DNA from: Eledone cirrhosa
Taxonomy: Eukaryota
DNA length: 64,000 nt
Direction: 5' to 3'
Assembly: GCA_964016885.1 (NCBI GenBank)
Contig: OZ024758.1
Location: 31,186,001 to 31,250,000 of the forward strand
A program made the translations under genes and the position numbers. Positions 15,984 to 33,919 of the stretch are shown in pieces. Numbering within the stretch: position 1 is the first letter of the stretch; every line of letters starts with the position of its first letter. Below the pieces are notes generated by a model, which had not been told where the DNA came from, did no database searches, and saw only the letters and a list, made by a program, of their open reading frames with translations.

Positions 15984-16510
15984 AGTTGATGTGTGTATGT
16001 GTATATATATATATGTATGTATGTGTATATATATATATATATGTGTATATATATGTGTGTGTACGTGTATGTATATATATATGTATGTGTATGTGTGTGC
16101 ATATTTGTCTGACTGAGTGTATTAATTTATTTATTTATTTATTTATTTTATTTCATTATTTTATTTCTTTATTTTTTTATATATATGTATATATGTGTGT
16201 ATGTGTATGTATGTGTATATGTATATATGTGTATATATATGTATATATATATATATATATGTATGTATGTGTATATGTGTATGTGTGTGTATATATATGT
16301 ATGTGTGTTTGCGTGTGTACGTGTGTATATATTTATATGTGTATATGTATCTCTATTTATATATGTATATATGTGTATGTATATCCCTTTATTTATGTAT
16401 GTCTGAGTTGTGCGAGCGTGTGGTGGTGTTTGTATGTATATACGCATACATGGATATGTATGTATGTGTGTATATATGCGTATATGTATGTGTGTATGTG
16501 TGTGTGAGTA

Positions 16511-16554
<44 letters not shown>

Positions 16555-16785
16555 GAAACACACAGATACATGCGGACACACACATATATACATGAATGCA
16601 TCCGCACCCAACTGTGAGTTAAGGGTGCCAACTTCACCGATGTTGCTCAATGAATGACTGGGACAGACCAATTCAGTTTGAACCAGACTGAACCAGTATC
16701 AGAGTTAAAAATACATTATGAAGAGAGAAGAAACATTTAGATATAATTAGTAATAAAATGTATCATACCTAAACTGTTCCTAAAT

Positions 16786-16873
16786 TCCTCGACTACGTAG
16801 TTTCGTGGCATAAACAAAAACAATATATCAAAGATATAGAGTCCTTGCGAGGTCTGCCGACTTATCAAGAGGA
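16786..16873 (-). ncRNA. Type I hammerhead ribozyme, U3-A8 core
   Basis: tcctc-TTGATAA-gtcggca...tgccac-GAAA-ctacgtag-TC-gagga. Confidence 0.8.
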
Positions 16874-17208
16874 TACCTCATTTTACTAGTCTCAAGAACG
16901 CGTCTACACGACGTGAGAAAGAATCCCAAAAGGCGGAGGGGGAGACAGTCACGCGATATAACGGTCGAGAAACAGAGCTAAGCCTCTTATAACCACGAAG
17001 AAAATACCACGGAGGCGGAGGGGACGAAGAAAATACCACGGAGGCGGAGGGGGTATTCATATCGAGGCCGTAGAATATATATATATATTTATATATATAT
17101 TTATTTATATTATATATGTGTGTGTGTGTGTATATATATCTTTATATATGTGTATGTGTATGTGTGTGTATGTATGTGTGTGTATATATATATATATATG
17201 TGTGTGTA

Positions 17209-17317
<109 letters not shown>

Positions 17318-17319
17318 GC

Positions 17320-17375
<56 letters not shown>

Positions 17376-17431
17376 GTGGGTATGTATGTGTATGTGTGTA
17401 TATACATGAGTGTGTTTATATATGTGTCTAG

Positions 17432-17479
<48 letters not shown>

Positions 17480-17706
17480 GTGTTGTGAATGTATATATAT
17501 ATATATATATATGTATGCGTGTATGTGTGTATATATATATATATATATGTCTGTATGTGTGTATATGTCTATGTATTTATATGTGTATATGTATGTGTCT
17601 CTATATGTATGTGTGTGTGTATGTGTATGCGTATTTATATGGTGTGTGTATGTATATGTATGTGTATGTATGTGTTTATGTATATGTGTATGTATATGTA
17701 TGTATA

Positions 17707-17747
<41 letters not shown>

Positions 17748-17782
17748 GTATGTATATCGATGTATATTTTATATTTTACTTG

Positions 17783-17848
<66 letters not shown>

Positions 17849-18418
17849 CTTGATATATTTCTTTTTTATTTTTATTTTATTTTTATTTCTAAATTTATAG
17901 ATACATTTATAAATAGGCAGCTTGCTGACACCGCTAAATACTGACCTCTCCCCCCCCCCCCACCTACTTTCTGTATCTGGATCTAAATATGTGTGGCAGT
18001 GTTTATGTGCGCGCATTAATGTCCATATGCTTATGATAATAGTATATACACACATATATATGTGTGTGGGGGTGTGTGTGTGTATGTATGTTCGTGGTTG
18101 TGTGTATGTTTATGTGTGTGTGTGAATGTACGTATATGTGTGAGTATATAAATGTGTGTGTATATTTGTTTTTATACGTATTTTATCTGTAGATTATAAA
18201 CATACAGAGACATTAGCCTTGAATTTTTGTATTTACATACATCTTTTTGGCATGCGTATGCATGTGAACATACATCTTTATGCATATCTGTGAACGAAGT
18301 TAATTACATATATACACACACTTAACTGTATAAACTTTTTGTATTTTCATTGGTCAATTTGAATTCTGTTCCCAAACAGACCTGTAATTTTGAATTGTGT
18401 TATTATCAATAAATATAT

Positions 18419-18572
18419 TTCATTATTTCTGAAGACGGCATATATATGTGTTGGTATGTATATTTAATTTTGATAGTTTGTATAATTTTGTATAATTTTG
18501 TACATAGATCTGTTGAATATGCATGCCAATTCTAACACATATATATCCTAGAAACGATCGTTAAATAATGAA
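18419..18572 (+). ncRNA. Type I hammerhead ribozyme with ~115-nt stem II
   Basis: ttcattattt-CTGAAGA-(atatatatgtgttgg...ctaacacatatatat)-GAAA-cgatcg-TT-aaataatgaa. Stem I is 10 bp. Confidence 0.8.
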
Positions 18573-18655
18573 CTTTTTTTGTTTAATATAAGGAACTGTT
18601 TCATTGTTTTATTCATTATTTTTTTAATATTTTATATATATATATATTTATATTT

Positions 18656-18711
<56 letters not shown>

Positions 18712-18732
18712 CACACATATATATATATATAT

Positions 18733-18930
18733 AAGTGGTAACACAACAATTAGTTCACCATACCGAGAACAATTGCTTCACCTTATTCGGATACGCAACT
18801 CGTGACCATTACGAGTTGAGGATCCACTAAGGTGAAACAATTGTTCTCGTTATGGTGAAGTAACTGTTGTGTTACCACTTCTAATTCGTCCCATGGACGA
18901 CGGATATTATCTTCCTGTGTTCTACCTCTC
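18733..18930. mobile_element. Fold-back unit with HHR (18806-18855, +, C3U core)
   Basis: Arms 18733-18803 and 18811-18880. The HHR reads ccattacgag-TTGAGGA-tccactaaggt-GAAA-caattg-TT-ctcgttatgg. Confidence 0.75.
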
Positions 18931-19191
18931 TCTATACATATATATATATATATATATAATATATATATAATATATTTATTAATATATATAATATATTTAT
19001 TAATATATATATATAATATATATATTTATATATATATATATATATAATATATATAAAAAATATAATATATATATATATAATATATATATATAATATATAT
19101 ATATAATATATATAATATATATATATATAATATATATAATATATATATAAAATATATATATATATATATAATATATATATAGATAATATAT

Positions 19192-19223
<32 letters not shown>

Positions 19224-19385
19224 ATATATATATAATATATATACTATAAATATATAATATATATATATATAATATATATATAATATATATAATGTATATA
19301 TATAATATATATAATATATATATATAATATATATATAATATATATAATATATATATAATATATATAATATATATATATATAATAT

Positions 19386-19434
<49 letters not shown>

Positions 19435-19565
19435 TATATATATAATATATATATATATATATAATATATATATATATTATATATATATATAATATATATA
19501 TATTTATTAAAATAACAGATTAAAGTTTAAGCAAAGAATCTATATATATATAATATATATAATAT

Positions 19566-19743
<178 letters not shown>

Positions 19744-19767
19744 TATATATGTATATAAATGTATTTA

Positions 19768-20178
19768 AATGCTTTTAATTAAGCATAAAGTGTATTTCAA
19801 AATACATTATATATACATCCATAAATATATTGCTATTTCAGAGCTCCAATTCTAATTTTTAATTTCTGCCTGACCAACAACCGCTCTGCATAATCAGCTC
19901 CTGATTATTTACTAGATTTCTATAAGAATATAACATCAATGATCTCAGTAAACAGGTGGGTTAGTTGGCCTTGATAAGCTTCAACCAAAGCGAAACAAGT
20001 CTTGTCGGCTTATCTCCCCTGTTTGCTGAGATCAAAGTGAGTGAATTTGTCACTACTTTAAAACAATATCTTACGGTCTTCAAAATGCTTTTAATTAAGC
20101 ATAAAGTGTATTTCAAAATACATTATATATACATCCATATATATATTGCTATTTCAGAGCTCCAATTCTAAATTTTAA
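19768..20178 (+). mobile_element. Partial tandem (~317-bp period) HHR-bearing unit, retrozyme/pLTR-like
   Basis: 19768-19860 is repeated at 20085-20178. Related units occur at 25880-26290 and 56216-56790. Confidence 0.75.
19940..20034 (+). ncRNA. Type I hammerhead ribozyme, U3-A8 core, extended stem I
   Basis: ggcc-TTGATAA-gct tcaaccaa agc-GAAA-caa gtc ttg-TC-ggct, enclosed by tgatctcagtaaacagg/cctgtttgctgagatca. Confidence 0.85.
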
Positions 20179-20562
20179 TATATATATATATATTATATAT
20201 TTATACATATATAATATATATATATATAATATATATATATTATATATATATATATAATATATATATATTTATTTCATTATATATATTTCAGGGATATCAT
20301 ATTAACAATATGTTATGCCTTCTTCAGACAAAATACAATATAGACAGTTTTATATGATATCCCTGAAATATATATAATGAAATAAATATGGTTTTATAAA
20401 TATAGTTTCCATTTATTTAATATCGTAAATATACTCCAAATACTTGTTGAGTGCTTTTATATCAGTTATAAATATTTACTAGTTGTAACCCAACAATTTA
20501 AATATAACTTTCCATGTATCTTGCTCCAATACTGTTGAGCGCTTTATATTATAACTGAAAAA

Positions 20563-22776
20563 ATGGAATTCTTTAAGATTTCTTCCTCTTTAAAAGACAT
20601 ACCTCTACCTAGAAACAAAGACTTTATAAAACAATTAATAGATAAATCTGACTCTTTTATAAGGAGAATCAGGTGGCGAGCATTCCACTTTGATAAATCT
20701 AATATAAATGAAAATGTCTCGGACTTAAACAAAGTTTTCAAATCTAAAAGAAATCCACCCCCTAACAAACTTTTATCTGACTTTGAAAACGATATAATTT
20801 CTATCATACAAGGGGTCAAATTCAAGAGAAACTTCAAAGGCCAGGAATATCTGAAAGGCATTAAGGATAATATTGAGAGCTTAGAGAAAACTGAGAAGAT
20901 CTTGGTGAAATCTGACAAGACCAACAACCTCTATGGAGTGCAGAAAGACATGTATAATGGCCTCATACTGAAGGAACTGAGGAAAAAGTACAAGGTAGCA
21001 GATAAGGCCGAGCTTGAGAAAATGAATGTTGAAGCATCTTGTATAATGCACGAGTTGGAAATTGAGAACAGAACACAACCTTTCGTACCCAGGAAAGATC
21101 ACAAAAGGAATTTTGAAAATGACTTGCCAGTTAGATTGATCGCACCATCAAAATCGGACCTGGGCAAATTAAGCAAAAACATTCTTGACAGGGTGATACA
21201 GCAAATTAAAAACTTGGATTGTTTACCTAACCTGAGCTTGTGGAAGGGAACTGGAGAGGTTGTTGAGTGGTTTAAGCAAATTAAATATAACAATAATAAT
21301 AAGTTTATTCAACTTGATATTGCTAACTATTATTCTTCTATTACCCCTAATCTACTAAATAAGGCACTAAATTACGCATTCAAACATACAGACCTAACTA
21401 GCAATGAAATGCACATTATATTATCGGCTAGGAAAACATTGATAGAATTTAATGACCAATTATGGACCAGAGCAGATAGAGATAGCAATTTTGACATTAC
21501 TATGGGATCATCCGACTCAGCTCAGGTAACTGACCTTGTGGGCTTATTTTTAATCAATTCGCTACATAGGAAAATACCTGGTACTACCGGAGGTTTATAT
21601 AGAGATGACATGCTTTTACTTATTGATAATAATAACTCTGAACTAAATAGAAAAAGAAAACAAATTACACAATTTTTTAATTACTTTAATCTAAAAATAG
21701 AAATTGAGAACAACCATAGAATAGTCAATTTCCTAGATATAACATTAAATCTCAACACATGTCTTCACTATCCATTTCACAAGTTGAATGAAAACTTAAA
21801 CTATGTCAGCTTTAACTCTAACCACCCCAGATCTGTCAAAAACACTATAGTAAACTCTGTTCAAAAACGTATCTCTAGAATCTCGTCTAATAGAAAGATT
21901 TTCGACGAAAAAGCCCAGTACTACAATGAAGCGTTAGCTAGAGCAGGATATAGTGATAAGATTATGTACATAGATAATGATAGACAAACTAAACAAAATA
22001 ACAACTATTTTAATTACGGCTACAACCTTAACAACTATAATAGAAAGCATTACAATAATTCCAAAAGCCAAAAAAGAAATAGAACTAGGAACATAATATG
22101 GTTTGCCCCCCCTTTCTCACTAAACATTAAAACCCACATCGCTAAACTATTTTTTAAAGCTCTTGATAATCGCTTCCCTAGAACACATAGGTATCACTCA
22201 ATTTTCAATAGACATACTATAAAATTAACCTACTCATCCACCAAAAATTTAGCACAAAATATTAATAGAATAAATAATAGGAACTTAAAACCTAGCGATA
22301 ATAGCATAAATAATATACAAGTTAACAAATGTAACTGTAGAGATAGATCTAAATGTCCGTTAAATAACAACTGCTCGTTAAATAACAACTGCTTAGTTAA
22401 AAATATAATATACAACTGTAATGTTAAAACGGACTCTAATTCTTTTAACTACGTCGGTTCCACATCGACGGAATTTAAACTTCGCTATAATAACCACAAA
22501 AATTCTTTCACAGATCCAAGCAAAAAATCTTCAACAGCACTATCAGGCGTACTCTGGCAACTTAGGCAAGATAACGTTAGATATTCGACGGCTTGGAATA
22601 TAGTCTCAAGAGGGATTCCTTTTAATTCATCCTCTGAGACATGTGACCTCTGCGCGGAGGAGATATTCTTTATACTAAAATCTAAAAATTCCCTTAATCT
22701 AGGGACACATTTATTCAGTTGCTGCAAACATAGATTGAACTCAACTTTTAAATATAAATTTAAATTTAAAATGTAG
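20563..22776 (+). CDS. PLE reverse transcriptase + C-terminal GIY-YIG endonuclease (737 aa, uninterrupted)
   Basis: Motifs KSDKT, KDHK..RLI, LDIANYY, MGSSDS, LYRDD and FLDITL. The linker is CNCRDRSKCPL, followed by IIY..YVG, FKLRYNNHK and CDLCAEE. Confidence 0.92.
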   Translation: MEFFKISSSLKDIPLPRNKDFIKQLIDKSDSFIRRIRWRAFHFDKSNINENVSDLNKVFKSKRNPPPNKLLSDFENDIISIIQGVKFKRNFKGQEYLKGIKDNIESLEKTEKILVKSDKTNNLYGVQKDMYNGLILKELRKKYKVADKAELEKMNVEASCIMHELEIENRTQPFVPRKDHKRNFENDLPVRLIAPSKSDLGKLSKNILDRVIQQIKNLDCLPNLSLWKGTGEVVEWFKQIKYNNNNKFIQLDIANYYSSITPNLLNKALNYAFKHTDLTSNEMHIILSARKTLIEFNDQLWTRADRDSNFDITMGSSDSAQVTDLVGLFLINSLHRKIPGTTGGLYRDDMLLLIDNNNSELNRKRKQITQFFNYFNLKIEIENNHRIVNFLDITLNLNTCLHYPFHKLNENLNYVSFNSNHPRSVKNTIVNSVQKRISRISSNRKIFDEKAQYYNEALARAGYSDKIMYIDNDRQTKQNNNYFNYGYNLNNYNRKHYNNSKSQKRNRTRNIIWFAPPFSLNIKTHIAKLFFKALDNRFPRTHRYHSIFNRHTIKLTYSSTKNLAQNINRINNRNLKPSDNSINNIQVNKCNCRDRSKCPLNNNCSLNNNCLVKNIIYNCNVKTDSNSFNYVGSTSTEFKLRYNNHKNSFTDPSKKSSTALSGVLWQLRQDNVRYSTAWNIVSRGIPFNSSSETCDLCAEEIFFILKSKNSLNLGTHLFSCCKHRLNSTFKYKFKFKM

Positions 22777-22860
22777 TATATTTAGTTTGATTTGTAATTA
22801 TTTGGGAAACTAGCCGATAAATCTTTCGATTTCTTCTTTTTATTATTCTTTTTATTTTTT

Positions 22861-22891
<31 letters not shown>

Positions 22892-24167
22892 AACATTCTT
22901 CATGAATAATTAAACTACCCTAAAAGTTGATGCTCCAAATATATCGAATAAACGTTACACTAGATAAACTTCTATATTAAATATAAGAACATATGTAGAC
23001 CAAATGGGCATCCTAAACTTTTGAAATGATTTCTGCTAGACGTGATTTGGTAAATAATTTTTAGCTTTATCTGTTTTCGACTCTGATGCTTATAATGAAC
23101 TTGGCAATATATTGTCAATTAATTTTGAAGGGTTGATCTTTGTGGTCGATTTGCGTGGCATATTATGTTTTTATTTTTTATTATTTTAATATTTTTTAAT
23201 ATTTTTAATTTTTAATATTTTTAATATTTTTATTTTTAATATGTAATATTTTTTAGTTTTCTATTTTATTTATTTGTTTATTATTTTTATTATTATTATT
23301 ATTATTATTATATTTTTTGTTTTTGTTTCTGATATTTTTATTAATATATTGAAATCTGTTCTCTATTTCTGCTTGATAGATAATCATGTAGAGTAAAGAC
23401 ATGAATAGTATTGTTAAAATTAATATAGACTCTATATATATGTGTATATATACACATATATGTATACTTAAATTTTTATAGCACAATGAGAATGTTCTCC
23501 GTGTGAAATAGGGGTTTGCAGAGTTGATCACGTAAATTCACATCGATGTTTGTAATTATCATATAAACATATGAGTTTTTAAAACTAGGCATAAGATCAT
23601 TACTTTTCACACATTATAGATACGTGTCTCATTCAGGAATACTGATATTTACATTATAGTGCCTGGTTTTTATACGAACTAGTATCTCTACATTAAAACA
23701 TAGGGTTTTTAAATTCTGCCTCGCCTATGTCTGGTTACTTTTCATTTTTCTCTCTATATAACGGCTGGTTTCTTTCCTAACCACATATATCTCCCTTACA
23801 TTAATACTAGAGCTAAATAAATAAATAAATAAATAAATGTATCATTGATACGTCATGCAACTACCTACTTTTCTCTATATATATATCTATCTCTATCTAT
23901 TTCCTCTCTCTATATATCTCTCTCTGTTTCTTTACATGAAGTTCTTCTCTTTATCTATCTTTCCATCTCTCTATTTTGTTGCATGCATTTCTTCTTTTTC
24001 TTTTTTCTTCTTTTTTCTTCTTTTTCTTCGTTTTCTTTCTTTCTTTCTTTCCTTCTTTCTTTCTTTCTTTCTGTTTACAATTTTTCACTGCCAAATCAAC
24101 TTTTTCAAATACAAGTCGATGTTGAACGGTATGTCAAATCTATTTATCTATAAAACTGTCTATATTG

Positions 24168-24233
24168 TATTTTGTCTGAAGAAGGCATAACATATTGTTA
24201 ATATGATATCCCTGAAATATATATAATGAAATA
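24168..24233 (+). ncRNA. pLTR hammerhead ribozyme (antisense copy 20270-20335; paralogue 51621-51686)
   Basis: tattttgt-CTGAAGA-agg..catatt gtt aatatg..cct-GAAA-tatata-TA-atgaaata. Confidence 0.8.
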
Positions 24234-24360
24234 AATATGGTTTTATAAATATAGTTTCCATATATTTAATATCGTAGATATACTCCAAATACTTGTTGAG
24301 TGCTTTTATATCAGTTATAAATATTTACTAGTTGTAACCCAACAATTTAAATATAACTTT

Positions 24361-24434
<74 letters not shown>

Positions 24435-24565
24435 GTGATGTTTTTTTTACAAAATGAAAAATAACCGAGGTGTCCTACACGAGTGAAAGTATAAAGAAAA
24501 AGAGATGAAATCGAAAATGCAACTGGAGTCTTATTTTTTTTTTAAATATATATATTTATTTGGTT

Positions 24566-24603
24566 CCTTTACCGGTTTCGCAGTTCTTCTGCTTTTCAAA
24601 AGG
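24566..24603 (-). ncRNA. Minimal hammerhead ribozyme, U3-A8 core
   Basis: cctt-TTGAAAA-gcag aagaa ctgc-GAAA-ccgg-TA-aagg (38 nt). Confidence 0.8.
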
Positions 24604-24634
24604 TGAGTTGAGATGGAGGGTCTGTGGTTTTTCT

Positions 24635-24696
<62 letters not shown>

Positions 24697-24699
24697 TAT

Positions 24700-24739
<40 letters not shown>

Positions 24740-24883
24740 GAATTGTGGTAAGGAACCAGATGGATCATAACGCACTAGAGTACTCAATACTTAGGGTAGT
24801 AGAGTGGGAAATAGGAGTACAGAAATAGCCGTCGAAACGGCTTGAGCTTTGCCGTCGAGGTCATACTGTTTCCTAAATATATG

Positions 24884-24989
<106 letters not shown>

Positions 24990-25082
24990 CCTTTATATAC
25001 ATATATAATTTTAAATATATATATATATACATATATATATATAATTTTAAATATATATATATATACATATATATCTATATAT

Positions 25083-25132
<50 letters not shown>

Positions 25133-25195
25133 GTATATATATGTTTATATATATATATACATATATATATATGTTTATATATATATATATATAAA

Positions 25196-25247
<52 letters not shown>

Positions 25248-25248
25248 A

Positions 25249-25299
<51 letters not shown>

Positions 25300-25519
25300 A
25301 AGATAGATATATATATATAAAGATATATATATATATAAAGAAATATATATATATAAAGATATATATATGTATATATATATATATAGGAAAAAGTATGACC
25401 TCGACGGCAGAGCTCAAGCCGTTTCGACGGCTATTTCTGGATTCCTATTTTCCACTCTACTATCCTAAGTATTGAGTACTCCAGTGCGTTATGGTCCATC
25501 TGGTTCCTTACCACAATTC

Positions 25520-25616
<97 letters not shown>

Positions 25617-26118
25617 TTATATATATATATATATATATATTTATATAAATATAAATTGAGCGAGAATCGCATTTCGGCTGGTAGAAAAAAAAGAGACGTA
25701 ACGCAAAGTCCGAGTCATATATATATATATATTTTTTTTTATATATATATACATATATATATATAGGCGGTTCATAGAGACGTTCATTTTCAGAGAACGT
25801 CTCTATGAACCACCTACTAGAATATTATTCTACGACTTCTTTTATACCATAAACTGTTTTCTGAAAATCATGAATGTTTAATTCTTATAGAATTTCTAGT
25901 AATAATCAGGAACTGATTATACAGGGCGGTTGCCGGTCAAGCAGAAATTTAAAATTAGAATTGGCGCTCTGAAATAGCTATATATATATGAATGTATATA
26001 TAGTGTATTTTGCAATACACCGTATGCTTAATTAAAAGCATTTCGAAGACATTATGCTATTGTTTTAGAGTAGTGACAGTCACACTTACTTTACATTTTC
26101 AGCAAACAGGGGAGATAA

Positions 26119-26163
26119 AGCTGACAGAGCTATGTTTCGTACTGATTGGTACTTATCAAAGCC
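26119..26163 (-). ncRNA. Hammerhead ribozyme, U3-A8 core, at the centre of the 25992-26288 fold-back
   Basis: ggct-TTGATAA-gtac caatca gtac-GAAA-ca tagctc tg-TC-agct. Stems covary with the copy at 19967-20010. Confidence 0.85.
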
Positions 26164-26286
26164 AAGTACTCCACCTGTTTGCTGAAAATTTAAAGTGAGT
26201 GAGTCTGTCACTACTCTAAAACAATAGCATAAGGTCTTCGAAATGCTTTTAAGCATACAGTGTATTTCAAAATACACTATATATAC

Positions 26287-29690
<3,404 letters not shown>

Positions 29691-29747
29691 TATATATATA
29701 TACCTATATATATATATAAATATGTATATATATATATGCATATACAT

Positions 29748-30781
<1,034 letters not shown>

Positions 30782-30789
30782 GTATATAC

Positions 30790-30823
<34 letters not shown>

Positions 30824-30983
30824 GTATATATAAATATAAGTTAAACAATGAAGAACATGTTTTTGCCTGCATCATATCACATAAATGCAAATTCATCTGA
30901 GGAAATCACACCCATACCAGCCAGCCAGAAACAAATGCATATACTGCATCTTAAATTCCATACAGGTCGCCATAGAAATAATT

Positions 30984-31166
30984 ATAATTGTTTCTACTAT
31001 TGTCACAAGGCCAGCAATTATCCCAGCGCATTACTGGTACTTTATTTTATTGACCCCGTAAGGATGAGAGTCAAAGTTAACCTCGGCGGGATTTGAACTC
31101 AGAATGGCAAGGGCCGTAACTCTATGCATCAAAGCATGGCGTCCGACCCTCTACCGATACTGCCAA
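30984..31166 (-). mobile_element. tRNA/Deu-Nin SINE
   Basis: Same family as 10576-10759. Confidence 0.85.
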
Positions 31167-31599
31167 TGAATAAATGCTTCATGTAAACACAGCATCTTAA
31201 TGTGATTCTGAATATACAATAGTAAATATAGAGTAATGTAAATGGTAACGGGTTAAACTGTAACAAGGAGATTCTGTTGACAAGATCTTGCTGGAACTCC
31301 TCTCTATGCCCTCTAATTTCAAACTGCCTTCAGCACTTACCTTAAGAGGTATGGTGTCGTTGTTGAACAACATTCCGCACGTAAGAATAGATGTAAACAT
31401 AGAAACACGTGTATACCAGGTCCGAACACGGAGGAGCCAAACTCCCACTGTCACCACCTCTCTCTCTCCCACTCTCTCATGTACACCAGGTCCAAACACA
31501 GAGGAACCAAACTCCCACTGTCACCAACTCTGTCTCCCTTGCCCTCACCATCTCTCACTATTATGAGCAAATGAGGTCCCACACGTTGGTCACCCCACG

Positions 31600-32100
31600 G
31601 CCGCGGTGGACAGAATAAGAAGGCTTTTCCCCGGAGGATTGTGAGGGAGATGCGCTGGAAGAGCCATTCCATCTCGCGGGGCTCACACCTGCGGCTAGCC
31701 AGCTCAGCGCCTATGGTGGTAAGTATGGAGGTGGCCCTAGGGCCAAGGACACCAGAAATGTCCACTGCTCGGGGATCGACTGCTGTCAGAGAGCGACCGA
31801 TACTTGGAGAGCTTACCCTCCTCAGCCCGACATGCAGCAAAACCTGGGTTAGTCGCAGACTGCACCAGGTTACCGCTAGAAAATGTGTCGCTGCATGTGG
31901 CATCCCAGACGAGGGGTTTACCACCGTGGAACGGGAAGATGGTCATGCCGTCTGGCTTTTTGCCGCCCCCTCAACCCCACCAGCTCGAGCTTGGAGGGGG
32001 AGCCTGCAGCATCCAAGCTATGCATTATCACCTCGTTGAGAGCAGCATGGCGTGGAAGGCGGCCGACACTGTAGCTACAGGACAGTAGGTCGAGGCCGAA
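31600..32100 (-). pseudogene. C-terminal restriction-like endonuclease fragment of a CRE-like non-LTR retrotransposon
   Basis: KPDGMTIFPFHGGKPLVWDATCSDTF ... EEGKLSKY ... WLFQRISLTILRG, with frameshifts. Confidence 0.7.
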
Positions 32101-32961
32101 AGTGTCTACGGTGTTATTCTTATACTGAATGTAGAGAGCTTTCTCCTGTTTTTACCAAAGTGGCATCCCAAGCTCACACAGATAAACAATTTTTTTACTG
32201 GACATTATATATATATATATTTGTGTGTATGTATGTATCTATTTATCTATGTGTGTATGTGTGTATTTTGAGTTGTGTTCCGTCTGTCTGTCTTTATGTC
32301 CCGCAACAAAGTGATCGATTCAACGAAAACAGATCGAGTACCAGGCTTGAAAAAAATAAAAACAATAAGTATTGGGAATTGATAAGATCAACTAAATCAA
32401 GGCGATGTCACAGTATGGCCGCAGTTTAATGACTGAAACAAGTAAAAGAATAGAAGAATAGAGAAAAATCAAACGAAATATTAGAGCTGGTTTTCATGAA
32501 AGACAATTGAATCACCAAATATATATTACATTTCCCCCAATGGAGGAGTTATGTCAAACGACGTTCAGACGACATATGATTCGTTATTTAGCCTATTTAT
32601 TTTCAATATGACAGTATCATTTAAAGATTATAAAGTGACAAATCATTAAATATATTTGGTTGAGCAATTTACTGACAAGTTAATCAAATGAAAGCAACAA
32701 TTTCAAAGACTTGTTTTAATGAAACTATAAAAGATAACGATAAACTATTGAAGCTTAAACACTCACATTCTTTCTCTTTCTCTATCCTTTATTGTCCCTT
32801 ATTCTCTCTCACTCATTCACTCTTTCCTGTTCTCTTCTTTTTCTATCTCTTTCTCACACTCTATCCTTCATTATCACTCATTCACTTTCTTTCTCATTCT
32901 CTCTCTCTCTCTGTGCCACTTTTTCACTATTTATCTGCCTATCATTTATCTCTATTCTCCA

Positions 32962-33150
32962 GGGCGGTGGATTGGCAGTATCGGTAGAGGGTCGGACGCC
33001 ATGTTTTCCAGCATAGTTACGTCCCTTTACGGTCTGAGTTCAAATCCCGCCGAGGTTAACTTTGCCTTTCATCCTTACTGGGTCGATAAAATAAAGTACC
33101 AGTAATGTACTGGTTAATTGATGGCTTTGTGCCAAAAGTGGAAACAATTA
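32962..33150 (+). mobile_element. tRNA/Deu-Nin SINE
   Basis: gggcggtggattggcagtatcgg...gagttcaaatccc...tcatccttactgggtcgataaaataaagtaccag. Confidence 0.85.
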
Positions 33151-33603
33151 TCTCTATTCTCATCTGCTTCCGACAAAACATTCTGCTCAAATTTTAGATT
33201 TTGCTTGTTTGTATATTTGTTTATTTGTTTGTTTGTTTCTTACTACATAAAATGTATTCCATTGTTAGAAGCTTTAGTATATCTATTTAACTACATATTT
33301 GTTTTCTAACTGTCGCTCTGCTTCTTGCAACCAAGCCAATCATCAAATCATACAGCCAGCCAACCAGCCATCTAACCAGTCAATCATCCAGACAACCAAA
33401 CATCCAGTCAATCAATCAATTAATGCAACCAACCACATAACGTTTTGCCTGCATGTATGCCTGATTGCGTTGAGCTTATAAGTTGAGTGTAATAAAGCTA
33501 TTATTTCTAGCACAACCACTCATACCATGTAGAGCTTACAACCCACGAGGTGTATGTTACGCCTGTGAGTTGTTGTTAGATGTGTTTTGTTTCATTTGAT
33601 CTT

Positions 33604-33692
33604 ATCTCTCACTGAGGAAAGCCTACGGCTTATCTGTTACAAACACAATTTTCAGGGCGAAACAGATTAAATCTCTAATCTGTCCGAGAGAT
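33604..33692 (+). ncRNA. Type I hammerhead ribozyme with full stem III
   Basis: atctctca-CTGAGGA-aagcct...gggc-GAAA-cagatta aatctc taatctg-TC-cgagagat. There is an A.C mismatch at 2.1/1.1. Confidence 0.75.
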
Positions 33693-33919
33693 GAAATGGT
33701 TATTGATACGGTCTGTATAAATTCTATATCTCACTGTATGATTCAGATTAAATATATAAAACATTTGTGGTATAGCTACCCTCGTAATTTTAGACACAGA
33801 ATTCTCTGTGTTTATTTCTACATATATTATTATTATATATATACATATGCAACAAGATACATTTTTTTTGTTCTTATGTCAAAAGTATCAACCCTGATTT
33901 CATTACAGTCACGGAAACA

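Larger units (their letters stand above)
20264..24363 (+). mobile_element. Near full-length Penelope-like retroelement with pLTRs
   Basis: Inverted partial pLTR at 20264-20354, direct pLTR at 20354-20514, the ORF, a long 3' UTR, and a 3' pLTR at about 24149-24363. Both ends are in (TA)n. Confidence 0.92.
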
